DNA of 64,000 nucleotides from Carcharhinus longimanus. Taxonomy: Eukaryota. Each line of letters begins with the position of its first letter. Positions within the stretch are counted from its first letter, which is position 1. Below are positions 12,099 to 24,268 of this stretch, piece by piece. The DNA is taken from the NCBI GenBank assembly GCA_030264375.1, contig JASCQW010000133.1, positions 27,852,733 to 27,916,732 of the forward strand, written 5' to 3'. A program made the translations under genes and the position numbers. The notes under the pieces are model-generated. The model made no database searches and was not told the DNA's origin. It saw only the letters and a program-made list of their open reading frames with translations.

Positions 12099-14290
12099 AA
12101 CATTACAGAGGTCTCACTCTATCAAACTGTTGTGCAGCTAATATTCCTGGATCAGTTAAGCAATTGCCAAGAATGAAAGTGGAAGATCTCACCAGAGAGA
12201 AGGGTCCCTAAACTCTTCTGATTAAATTTCACTTGAGAATTAACCTTCTAAAAATTTGACTATGAGAAATCTCAGAGTCTGCTGCAAATCATTTGCTTTA
12301 GAAAACATTCACTTCAAATAAAACATCAAGTTCATCTATGAAATTGCCACAAAAGAGACGGCGATACTTGTAAGTTGAAACAGTATAGTATCTTCATCTG
12401 CATCCAATCTCGGAGCGTGGGTATGAAGCAAGTGAATGAAACGTTGCATTAATTTGGAATAAACATGTGATAATAAATAACCCTTAATTTTAAACTCAAA
12501 AAAGTTAACTGCTGTAATTAATTTAACTGGGACACTCACTGAAAGTAAGAAAACATGCACCTCTTACAAACACACTGATCATGGGTAGTAAAAGAAAGCA
12601 CAAATTCTGCCTGCGACACCAGGTTTGTTTATTTAATTAATTGAATTTAAATTCTCCAGTTGTCGTTATGAGATTTGAACTTGTGCTGTGAGTGTCATTT
12701 ATTCAACTTATTCAGATAGCTTAATTAAAATTATCTTGGCAATTTGGATTTCCAAAGCTTGGCTATGAACAAAAGTCACAATTTTGCTTAATTGCTGTGG
12801 AACCATAAGCAAAAGATAATCCTCTTGTAAAAGAAAGCACAATATTTCTAGAATGCCCCCATTCAGTTATTCTACCAAATACCATTGTATTTTGACCACT
12901 GATTTTACATCTTTTTGTCCAGAGTATAAAGGCAGCAGGTTGAAATCTATTTCAGTCTGTTCCATCACGTAATATTGTAGTAGCACCTTGTGGCAGAAAG
13001 CAAGTACAACAATTCAATTTCATTGTACTACTGGGTTTCTACAAGTTTCTTCGAGCCAGGTTATGTGAGTATGAGAAGTAGCTTCCTCCATTGTAGTAGG
13101 CTGCAGGGACACCAACACTGCTTTAGAGAACAAATGGTAACAGAACTGAGTCCTGTGTATGTTGTCTTGATAATCTACATGCATCAGTAGAATCACAAGT
13201 TTATGAAATAAAGATTTATGCTGTTATTGTTACTGTTCCCTTTTTAACATTTCTTCACATTATTATAAACTTTGTGACAGTGGATCAAAATTGCCAAGAT
13301 AATTTTAATGAAGTGAATAGATTAAATAACTGACAGTCATGGTTATCTTTTTAAAAAAATCTTACATCATTAAAAAAGATTTTAGCTCAGGCAGTCTACT
13401 GTGCACTCAAATCCATTGCAGACCAGCCATTCCAAGTATGCTGTGTAGTCTTTTATTTTAATGGGAACAAAAGTTCAGCTTGGGAGATCATTCAGAGTTA
13501 CTGACTCTCAAGAAAAATGGGCAGCCAGCTAAGTGCGTAGCAGTTAAAGTACTGGTGAACTGCCAGATTCCATGCTTCAGTATATGCCTTTACTGGTAAG
13601 AATGGAAAATAGTTGGAGACAGTCAATCCACTTAAAAAGGACAAACATTGTCTCCCCAGTCAGCACCCACTCCGCCATTTGCGATTTTATTGATGAGTGG
13701 CAGGATAGCTCTGAAACCAGCTGCTAATAGAAGTGCCTGATTCATTCTTTCTCTCTGCATTGTTTTAAAACAAAAATGCCTCCAAGAAGGAAAGTACAAA
13801 TGTTTGGTCATGACCTCTCAAAGCAAATTAACTGAAACTGGTAATTCAGTATGAAGATCAGAAGTTTGAGAGGTAAACAGCCCACTGTGGCAGCAGTATT
13901 CTTACTGTGCTTGCTGGCTTTTGACCCTGTTCTCTTCTGAAAGTGCTTGCCCATTGAATATATAATATATAATAATTTAAGATTCTGAAAGGACTTAGAG
14001 CAGGCACCGAGGGGCTATCTGCTGAGAGGCTGCTTCCCCAACTGGAGAGTTGAGAATTAGAATCATAGTCTCAGGATGAGCTTTTGAAGCTGGCTACTTC
14101 AGAAGGCTGTAAATGCTCAGTTATTGATCACTGTCAAGATCAAGATAGATTGATCTTTGGACTCCAAGGGAATTAAAGAGAAATAGGAATCCTGCAGAGT
14201 ACTGGAATTGGTTAAAGATTAGTTATAATTTTATAGAAAAATGGGACACCCTCAAGAGGCCCTATAAGAAATAAGTCGAAGAGTAGGTCA

Positions 14291-15090
14291 TGTTATTATA
14301 TTGTGATTAACATGGTTAATTACCATTCTATTAGCAATGCACTCAAGTTAGGTCTGACTAAATTTGAAAGATATTTTAGCTTGCTTAACATTATGATTGC
14401 AATTCAATTCTGCTAAACTGTAAAGTGTTATGAAGTTGGAATGAAAAGTGAAAAATTGAGTAGAAATGCATAGCTGTACTGGGGATGGGGTCTGAAATAC
14501 AGATTAGCATAGTAGTAGGGTGAAACAGATACTTTGTTAAGCAAAGTGGCGACTAGCAGTCCAGGGGCAAGATCATAGCTGAGCCCAGTTGCAAAGCATA
14601 CCTCTCTCAGAGATTCAAATCTGGCATACAGAAATGAAAGCAAACGTCTGTCTGTATGTGATCCCATCAGTTCTGCTCTAAACTAGCAGAAAAGGTGCTC
14701 AAAAGAAAGCTACAGGTATCATTTGGTAATTTTTTGCAGGATTTGGCTCGTTGTTTTAAAACCTATGGGATGCTGTTTTGGGGAAGGTGTATTCTCAGAA
14801 TTGAAGAAAGTAAATAGATTAGAGGGGGAGGCAAGTAAACATACTGTCTGGCTAACCATTATTAGTTAACTGTGTCATTCTTTACTGTTGTCTTTGTGTG
14901 TTTTGAAGTTTAATAACTGTTCTGTTATTTAAATAATTTATGACAAGACTGAATCATTTGCTCACCAGGTCTCATCTCTTTTCTCAGATTTTTTTTCCTA
15001 AATTGCAAAAATAAATAGGAACCGGTGTTCCAAGCTTTCCTTTGGGGATTTGGGATGCCCTTTCATTGAACATCAGCTGGATTCATAACA
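14291..15090 (+). mobile_element. Probable solo LTR
   Basis: 800 bp bounded by inverted termini TGTTAT...ATAACA, with composition like the 29.1 kb LTR. No TSD seen. Confidence 0.45.
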
Positions 15091-15868
15091 ACAAAGTAAA
15101 TTATGTTTGCACTGAAAAATGGAAACACAGCTAATCCCAAAGATTTTTTTCTATTAATTATACATAAAGTTTCAAGTCAATAATTATTTCCAAAAAAGAC
15201 CAATTAAAAAGTAAATGTCAACTAATAAAAAGGCACTTTAATTCTTCTCCTGTCTAATCTGATTAGGAAATCAGCTGGAAACCTCGCCCTTTTAAATAAT
15301 TTTCACGCGCAAGGCAATGAACAAATCTTCAATACCACCTTAGGACTTCCCAGTTGTTTCAAAGACGATTAATTGCTTTTGAATGTAGCTCAGCCAGGTG
15401 ATTAAACTGAATACAGTGTGTCCAAGCAAAAAATTAAATGATTTGTTAGGCTGCTTTTGATATCAATGCATTAACGGAAGTGTGTTACAGGGAACATGGG
15501 AACAACCTGTTTTTTTGAATACTACAATCTGCCCCCGAGCAAGCTGATAGACCCTCACTGCACCACCCAAGCATTTGACTTTGCAACTTTCCCTTGTTGC
15601 TGCACTGAAATTGTTACCCTAGATTTTGTGCTTAAGTTCCAAGTCATGAACCCATAGAGCTTTGGATTTATAGTGCACAAACCACCAGGAATTTAGAAAC
15701 TTTATTTTTAAAAAGGATAAAAATTTCCTCATCATGGAGAGTGAAGTTTCTGCAGTTTCTTTAGTTGGCACTAAAGAAAAAAGAATCATCTCCAATTGGA
15801 AAATTATTGGATTGGATCTGTGCTGCATTGTGTCTTCTCTGCTAGATCCGCTGCTGGAGTTTACAAAC

Positions 15869-16080
15869 TCGCTTCTCGGCCTTTTGGCTAAGATGCAAAT
15901 GAGATCAAGCCTTGAAGGGGGAGCTATGTCTACTGCAATCATCTTGGATCATGTAGATCAAGCCCAAGACAGGAGGTGAGAGCCTTGTCTTGTCAGCTTG
16001 GATCGGGAATGTCTCAATTTGAGGCTCTGAATTGGACTTGATTGAATTGGAATAAAAGCAAAGCAAAACAAAATAAGCAA
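15869..16080 (+). mobile_element. U2 snRNA-headed element (candidate snRNA-derived SINE or U2 chimeric retrocopy)
   Basis: 15869-15894 TCGCTTCTCGGCCTTTTGGCTAAGAT equals U2 nt 2-27. The body is non-U2, with two hairpin modules, AATAAA at 16051-16056 and an A-rich tail. Confidence 0.65.
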
Positions 16081-16802
16081 CTTCTTAAACTACACACTGA
16101 AAAGGAACAACTGCTAAATCAATAAATTGGAAACTCTTCTGGATTTAACACTTGACATCATCATGAAACATTAATACCACTGGAATAATTTGCTTGGTGG
16201 AAAAATTACGTTACAATTTTTGAAAAGCTCAGCAAATTATCCAAATGTTTAAGTTGAAGAGGAGATATGTGAGCAATAGGTAAAGATGCTGTTAACACAT
16301 ATATTTGTAGAGCATAGAGAAATAGCTTAAAGTTAAATAGATTGGATATAGTCAGGCACATTGATAACCCACTTTATGGAAANNNNNNNNNNNNNNNNNN
16401 NNNNNNNNNNNNNNNNNNNNNNNNNNNNNNNNNNNNNNNNNNNNNNNNNNNNNNNNNNNNNNNNNNNNNNNNNNNNNNNNNNAAGAACGTTAAATAAAAT
16501 CTTGCTCCTTCAGAACTTGACTTGACTAAATTGTTTAACTGTGAGCTGTGTTTCTCACAGATACAATGCAAGAAAATCTGCCAAACTAGACTACCAGGTC
16601 AGCAGAATGAATGTGAAGTTAAACACCTAACAGCCTATAAAAATAACATACTGCAGATGCTGAAAATCTGGAAAAACTGAAAACGCTGAAAGTCAGGAAG
16701 CCTTCAGCATCTGTAATGAAATGTTAACACTTTAAGTACAACCCTTCATTAGAATCAAACATGTCATTATAACCAAAACATTAACCATTGACATTAACAG
16801 TC

Positions 16803-17110
16803 TATGGTTCCCTACAGTGCAGAAAAGGGCGATCCAGCCCATCGAGTCTGCGCCAACTCTCCGAAAGAGCATCCCACTCAGACGCCGTTGCCCTCTCCCC
16901 ATAAGCCCATGCAGCTGCCATGGCTAATCCACCTTACCTACACATCTTTGGACAATAAGGGGCAATTTAGCATAGCCGATCCACCTAACTGGCACATCTC
17001 TGAACTAAGGGGGAAACTGGAGCAGCCAGAAGAAACCTAGACAAGTGCAAATTCCACACAAGTCACCCAAGGTTGAAGTCAAACCCGGGTGCTGACAGGC
17101 AATAGTGTCA
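16803..17110 (-). mobile_element. HE1-type V-SINE nested in a Penelope-type fold-back relic (about 16640-17165)
   Basis: Reverse-complement V-SINE tail, body and head. Flanks resemble the arms of the 20.9 kb element. Confidence 0.7.
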
Positions 17111-17345
17111 ACTTTCTCTTTTTAAATGCTACCTGACTTGTGTGCTTCTTGCATTTTGACTTTATGCCTTGTACTTTACTGTGACAGCATTCTTTTCATT
17201 TAAAAATGGGAAAATCTGTGTACTTTTACAAAGGTGAAGTCAATGCACAGACTTCAGCTACTAATCTCAAATTCACAATATCTTTTCTAGCTTTACCAAT
17301 CAGCTGGTAATGTCTACAGGTACAGTGGGAGAAAGTTTTGTTTAC

Positions 17346-17591
17346 CATTGGATTGGAGTCGGATATCAAGTCCTTCAGAGTGTCCAGAAATCCCTGATCT
17401 TCGACCAGCTGTGCATTGATATCATGTAGTTTAGCCACACAGACAGCAGCAGTCTTTCGTACATAGGGATCTTCATCCTTCAGACATTTTCGCAGAGGCT
17501 CACACAGGTACTCGGTGATTTTATCTACACGGATACAGCCCATGGTTCTTACTGCCAGTGCTCTAATAAGTGGATTGGGATCTTCGCAGTC
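17346..17591 (-). CDS. AP1B1: AP1B1 exon 5, [22 protein letters not shown]...[11 protein letters not shown]
   Basis: 246 nt within ORF 17226..17606(-), AG/GT bounded, HEAT-repeat trunk sequence. Confidence 0.97.
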
Positions 17592-19119
17592 CTGAAATTT
17601 GACCAAGCAATCACAAACTTAATCACAGCTTTAAAAAGAAAAGAAACAATATCAACAATCAAATCCATACTTACATTCAGTTATGCAAAATGTATATCAT
17701 TTCAGCATGTGAAATAAGATAAAGAGGAGAATGAAAGTACTAGATTTGCACAATCAGATTTTAAAAAATGAATATATTTGTTGAACTCGGTTGATGGTTT
17801 GCAACAGCTTGCATAGCTAGTCCTTAACCACACAAACAAAGTTCCAGATTCTCTTGTCTGCGTGGAATTAGTTAACTTAAGTAGAATAAGTAGAATGTAA
17901 CCAAACTACTCGTAGCTGAAATCCAACACCCCCATCTGAAAATATGCATTTTTAATTCATGCCTTATTCATGAATGACCTTTGGCAAGTTAGTAGTAGGT
18001 ATCTTGCACTGAACAACACTATCCACCATAACACACATTTTTGAGGAGAAAAGTCCAAAGGAAATGTGGTAGCTATCAATTCTTCAACAAAGAGCTATAT
18101 TCCCCAATACTATAATACCTGAACTGTAAGAATATCCGAGTCTTAATCCATCTTTTATATTTAATGGCTTATTGTCACAAGCAATTTAAAAACTAAGTGC
18201 AGAATAACCCATTCAAATAAATGTCTGAGGATCAAATTCTGTGAAATAAATGATTATGTACAATCACAATTTCCACTTAAAAAGATACCTACAGTTACCT
18301 GTAGAAAGTTTTTGGGAAAAAAATTACAGAGACTCAATCACAGTATACAGAACAAACGTGATGGCAGATCTAAAAGTGTTATCCTGGCATCTAATTTAAC
18401 TATCAGCAAATTACCAGGCACCATAAAATATAAAGACATTTATTTTTCTTGATAAAGCATTAAGAGGATAATTTTTGCAATCTAGTCAATCATATAGGGT
18501 TCTAAGTAGTGTACCACAATTTTTACAGCAATAAAGAAACAGAAGGTAAGTTCTAAAAATTTTAAAAAGTACCTTGAGCACTGTGGCGATTTTACAGATT
18601 TCAAATGAATGAATGAACAACATGCTGTAATTTCAATATGATCTGTTGCATTTTAAAAGAATGCCCATATAATAGCCAAATTCAAGAAGCATCAAGAAGA
18701 GCTCAGAAACAGAATTTTCTGAGCTCCCTTCCGTCTACTCCAATCGTTAAGATTATATGTCAAACAGCAATGCACCCTCTTTCATTTTCATATCAGCCAA
18801 CCAGGGTAGAATGTGATTGTCAAACTGTGCTGAATTTTAAGTAACCTTGTGAAAGAAGAAACTTGGGTAGCACTTTATATTTCTCAAATGCCGAACAGCC
18901 TCAGAAAAGATTGTTTTTGAAAAGCTGTTGAGAGGAAAACATTGTACACATTTTGCATATAGTCAGACCTCATTAACCTCAAGGAAAAACAGTTTAAATT
19001 TAGTTTGCTTAGAATATTACTTTGCCATCAACAGGGTTCATCTTTTTCAACATGCTGTACACATTTCAGTGCATAGGGTGATAAATGGATAAATTGACAA
19101 AATTGATTACTTCAGACAT

Positions 19120-19394
19120 CAGGGGATTGGGTAATGCTGCGCAAAGATATTTTGGCCTTGGAGGGAGTGCAGAGGAGGTTTACTAGGCTGATGCTGGAGT
19201 TGAGGGGGTTGAGCTATGAGGANNNNNNNNNNNNNNNNNNNNNNNNNNNNNNNNNNNNNNNNNNNNNNNNNNNNNNNNNNNNNNNNNNNNNNNNNNNNNN
19301 NNNNNNNNNNNNNNNNNNNNNNTCTTATTGAATGGCGGGGCAGGCTCGAAGGGCCAGATGGCCTACTCCTGCTCCTATTTCTTATGTTCTTATG
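19120..19394 (+). mobile_element. Young CR1 3' fragment spanning a 100-N gap
   Basis: LRKDILALEGVQRRFTRLMLELRGLSYE, then the same 3' tail as at 10.0, 12.0 and 44.8 kb. Confidence 0.88.
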
Positions 19395-19419
19395 TCAGTT
19401 AATGAATGATAATTTTGTT

Positions 19420-19940
19420 GAGCGGCACGGTGGCTAGCACTGCTACCTTACAGCACCAGCAACCCGGGTTCAATTCCCGGCTTGAGTCACTGTCTGTGTG
19501 GAGGTTGCACATTCTCCTCGTGTCTGTGGTGTATTTATCCAGGTGCTCTGGTTTCTTCCCACAGTCCAAGAGACATGCTGGTTAGGTGCATTGGCCATAC
19601 TAAACAAAATCTCCCTCAGCGTACCCAAAACAGGTACTGGAGTGTGGTGACTAGGGGATTTTCACAACAACTTCATTGAAGCATAAGCCTACTTATAGTG
19701 TCATAGAGATTTACAGCATGGAAACAGTCCCTTCGGCCCAGTTTTTAACCACTAAGCTAGTTCCACTTGCCTGCATTTGGCACATAGCGCTTTATACCCA
19801 TCCTACCCACGTAACTGTCTAAATGCTTTTTAAAAGACAAAATTATACCCCTCTCTACTGCTGCCTCTAGCAGTTCACTCCAGACATTCACCACCCTCTG
19901 AGTGAAAAAATTGCCCTTGTGACACTAATAAATAAACTTT
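19420..19940 (+). mobile_element. Second V-SINE subfamily (distinct tail), interrupted by an inverted CR1 3' end at about 19695-19915
   Basis: The tail AAGCCTACTT|GTGACACTAATAAATAAACTTT is split by the CR1 fragment. Uninterrupted copies are at 23968, 30343 and 39009. Confidence 0.8.
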
Positions 19941-20593
19941 AATCAAATAGCATTGGCCAAAGGAGAAATATTGACCGGATACTCAAAACTTCTAGCTCTT
20001 CAAATAGTGTCATGGAATCCTTAACACTCATCTCAGCCAACAGAACAGGCACACAATTTAAATGCTTTATCCATCTTTGCAGTTTTGCTGTAAAGAATTA
20101 CACATTCTAGTCATGTAATTGGACAATAACCTAAAACTTTCTGATCTAGAGGCAAGAGTTCACCTAATTGAATCATGCTGACAACTGTGTATGGATGTGT
20201 GTTCACTTGAAACTGGGCTGGGACTGCCCAAACACACTTTGTTGACAACATTTACAGGCAATAAAGAAAAATCTTTCACTTTATTATTGGGGTCGTTTTG
20301 AATACAGATCCAAGAGGTGAACTGAAAGTTATTAATTCTTAAGTAACCACCCCCTGCACCAAGTTCAGTTTATTTAGGCTTTTGGATTGCCATCGGTAGG
20401 ATTTTTTAAATGTACTATGTGCAGTTTATTAGGTAAAGTGCTAAGATAAATTGCTAACGAAATTTTCTGCTTTTAGAGACCTGCAGATAAGGTGATTCCA
20501 TTGGTTACTGCTCACTTGTCTTTGGGACTGACATTCAAAACATTATCCACATTCTGTTTCTATGTTGTCAGGATACTGGATATATATGTATAC

Positions 20594-20729
20594 CTTAACG
20601 AAAGTGTTGACAGCCATAATTGCCATGTCAGGCTGACTCTTTGCATAGTTCATTAGATACAGGTACACCAGCTTTTTCAGCTCCAAGTTGTCTGTCTGCA
20701 TGCAGTTAACAACGTCAGGAAAGAGGGCG
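20594..20729 (-). CDS. AP1B1: AP1B1 exon 4, [45 protein letters not shown]
   Basis: 136 nt within ORF 20543..20773(-), AG/GT bounded, beta-adaptin trunk sequence. Confidence 0.96.
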
Positions 20730-20923
20730 CTATTGAGAATGAGATAAAGCAAGGCACAAAGTAAGAAATCCACAACTCATTGGGACATTCTGACAAATTA
20801 AAGCAACGGACATTTAGAATTGAATTTATATCCTTACATTATAACTTGAGTCTCATAAATACATTTCTAGAATGTTTACTACGGTATTAGTGTGCTGTGC
20901 CTAAACACTAGAGACCAATGTAA

Positions 20924-21112
20924 TAGCAAAATTAGTGCAGATGCTGGAATCTGAAACAAAAACAGAGAATGTTGGAACATCTCAGCAGGTCTGACAGCGT
21001 CAGTGGAGAGAAAACCGTGCTAACATTCATCCAGACTCAAAATATTAGCTCTGTTCTCTCTCCACAGATGCTGCCAGACCTGCTGAGATTTGCCAGCATT
21101 TTCAGTTTTTGT
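20924..21112. mobile_element. Penelope-derived fold-back element
   Basis: Long inverted arms: AACAAAAACAGAGAATGTTGG..ATCTCAGCAGGTCTGACAGC..GTGGAGAGA and TCTCTCCAC..GCTGCCAGACCTGCTGAGAT..CCAGCATTTTCAGTTTTTGTT. Confidence 0.65.
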
Positions 21113-22417
21113 TGCTAGAGACATTACCTGTGCTCAAAAATACTTTTGTTTACTTGAATACTTTTTTCATTTTTCAAAATTCGTGACAGAATTCTCTGTC
21201 CCACAAAAGGCACCAATTGTTCTTTTGTTCTCTGTCATACTAGAAAATTTACTCAATTGTTCATCAGTGAAAGGTTTAGAGTAAGCACGAACAATTATTT
21301 TGAAAACCACCAAACAAGGTGCTTGGGCTAACAGAATTTTCACAATAGCCAGCAAAAGACCACCACATAGTTCTAGGTCACAAAAATCTGCATCAAAGTG
21401 CAAATTATGCACTTTATATTATAACAACAACGATGTGTTCCAAATTTTTTTTAAAAAGTTTGTATTCATATAGTTATGGCTATTTGTCACAAACTCAGAG
21501 GGAACTTGCAAAATTATGAAGAACTATGCATAAATTTTCTAGTATTGAAGTGACTGATGAACAATAGGGCATCTTTTGTGGAACCAGGACTTCTAATAAT
21601 GGAATTTTTATATTCAATATAGATTCAGAAGAGCTTCATTTATAGTTAAATGTTCAGCATCGACACTAATTCTAATAAAAACTTCTGCAGCATGAACAAG
21701 AGTGCCATTACAATATAACCTACAATTCGAAATTCAAAGCTGCCTAATAACTGCCAAAAAAAACCCTTTTCAAGGGCTATTAGGGATGAGCAGTAAATGC
21801 CCTATCCAACACCATCCCAAGATTGATTTTTTTAAAAATTCAGATTAACTGATAATTCAAACTTTAAAACAAAATCTCACTTTGCTGCGTTGTTTACGTT
21901 GCTATGTTCAAATGATGAGTTTTATTTTCCCCATTTAGCTGAATTATCCACTTGATTATGCAGAGTAGATTATACAGTGAACTTTATCATGGAACTATTG
22001 GCCAGACACAAATAAGCTCATCCTTGCACAGAGATCTAAAAAAACAGGCTCAGAGCTTTGCTTCAATATCTCGCTGTAAGACTATTCCAGATATTAATCA
22101 CCCTTCACAAGAAAAAGTGCTTCTCAAGATATCCTGAGATTGCCTTTTAGTAGTCTGATTCCATGTCTACCCATTCTGCATTAACCTGAAAAACTACTGA
22201 TATTTCATTTTTCTTCGCTATATCTCAAAACATCCAAGATTACTCAGTCACCCTTCAAGGTCAAACAGTTTTTTTTTCAGAATTTTCGGCACAACGCAGT
22301 CAGAATCAGCCTGTGGTATTTCTCTGAGCTGTGTACATAGCGAGGCAACTTACTTTGTACTTCAGAACTAAATTTGGCACTTAAGATGTGGCTTTAACAG
22401 ACCACTGTGCAACATCT

Positions 22418-22880
22418 ATCTACTCCCCAGCCTTGGTTATTGCCTCCAGCTCTCTCTACACTGCTTTCAATTACTGCCCCCAGCTCTACTTCCCAGCCTC
22501 GGTTACTGCACCCAGCTCTCTATTCTCCAGCCTCAGTTACTGCCCCTGACTTTCTCTCTACTTCCCAGCCACAGTTATTGCCCCTGGTTCTCTTGCTCTA
22601 CTTTCCAGCTTCAGTTATTGCCCCTGGTGCTCTCTCTCTACTTCCCAGCTTCTTACTGCCCCTGGCTCTCTCTCTCTCTCTCTACTTCCCAGCCTCAGTT
22701 ACTGCCCTGACTCTCTCGCTCTAATTCCTGGCCTTGGTTATTGCCCTGGCTTGCTCTCTCTACTTTCCAGCCTCAACTGTTGCCTCTGGCTCTCTCTCCA
22801 CACCCCAGCCTCAGATACTGTCCAAGTTCTTGCCGCTCACCTACCTCTGGATCCTGGCTCCTGGCACTCCCCAGCCCTGG
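22418..22880 (+). repeat. Minisatellite, unit about 35 bp (CTCTACTTCCCAGCCTCAGTTACTGCCCCTGGCTCT)
   Basis: More than 10 degenerate tandem copies visible. Confidence 0.9.
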
Positions 22881-23967
22881 ATAGTGGGGTGGGGGGCTCC
22901 TGCTGTTCCCTGGCCTCAAATACTTTGTACTAAACCCAGGCTCTTGTTGTCCTCTGGCCTGAGATAATGGACCCTAGCTCTTGCTGTTGCCTGGCTTACA
23001 TCCGACTAATGCTGCTCCCCGGCTCTGGTTACTTTCCCCCAGATCACACTACTTTCCAATCCCAGTTTCTGGTCCACGGCCCTTGCCACTTCCTGATCTT
23101 GGTTAGCGGCCCCTGGATCTCACTACTCCCTCACCTCATTTACTGCTCTCAAAGGGGAAAAAGGCTAACCCTGCCAATTACCAGCCAATCAATCCAATGT
23201 CTGTGGGGTGAAGCATCAAGAAACAATAATGTAGGATTAAATGGAAAAGGCAGAATGGATTTGTTAAAGGCAAACCATGTTTACAAACTTTTTAATGAAG
23301 TGACAAAGAGGATAGATGGTTAGCAAAATTGAAGCTCATGGGATAAAAGTGGATTGACTTTGTGGATAGGTAGCTAAGGGACAGTAAGCTGAGAGTAGTG
23401 ATGAACTTGCTTTTTTAACAACTTTGTCTTTGACCTTCAGTTACTTGCTTATGCTTATCCCTACAGCTCTCTTTCTGCACCGCCTCAAAAAAATGTCCTG
23501 TTTAATTATATTGCTGCTCCTCATTCTTGTTATCAAAAAGTATCAATTCATATTTCTGAGATGTGTGTCATACACATCCAGGTTAATGATGCATATAAAA
23601 AAAAAGTGAGCCCACTGTTGCTCTGGGTATACATTTAATAACCTGGACCTGGGTCTACTAGGCTTAACTTCAAAATATGTACATGACACAAATCTCAAAA
23701 ATATAGCAAGCAGTGAGAAGAGCAACATGGTTCAGAAGGATATAGATGGAATAATGAAATGGGTATGTACATGACAGATTAAGTTGAGCTCAAAATTGTG
23801 AATTGATACACTCTGGTAGGAAGAACAAGGAAAGACAATTTTTGAGGTGGTGCAGGGAGAGAGAGAGAGATCTAGGGATATATAAAGCATGTAGTTGAAT
23901 GTAGCAGGATGAGTTCAGAAAACCATGAAATACCATAAGGATTCCTCAGCTTTACAAACAGTAGTAT

Positions 23968-24268
23968 AGGACGGCACAATGGCAAAGTGGTTATTATTGC
24001 TGTCTTACAGCACCAGGGACCTGGATTCAATTCCTGACTTGAGTTACTGCCCATGCGGAGTTTGCACATTCTCCCCGTGTCTGTACGGATTTCCTCCAGG
24101 TGCTCCAGTTTCCTCCCACTGTCCGAAAGACGTGGTTAAGTGCGTTGGCCATGCTAAATTCTCCCTCCATGTACCCGAATGGGCATCTGAGTGTGGCGAC
24201 TAGGGGATTTTAACAGAACTTCATTGCAGTGTTAATGCAAGCCTATTTGCGACTAATAAATAAACTTT
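23968..24268 (+). mobile_element. V-SINE, second subfamily
   Basis: tRNA-like head and V-domain, tail ACTTCATTGCAGTGTTAATGCAAGCCTATTTGCGACTAATAAATAAACTTT. Confidence 0.85.

Noticed and set aside
15869-16060. Functional U2 snRNA gene
   Set aside because: Only nt 2-27 match. No branch-point recognition sequence, no U2 Sm site or 3' stem-loops, and no recognisable PSE upstream.
22407-23323. ORFs of 105, 77 and 118 aa, or a CRISPR-like array
   Set aside because: Frames are open because of a degenerate minisatellite. There are no unique spacers, and the context is eukaryotic.
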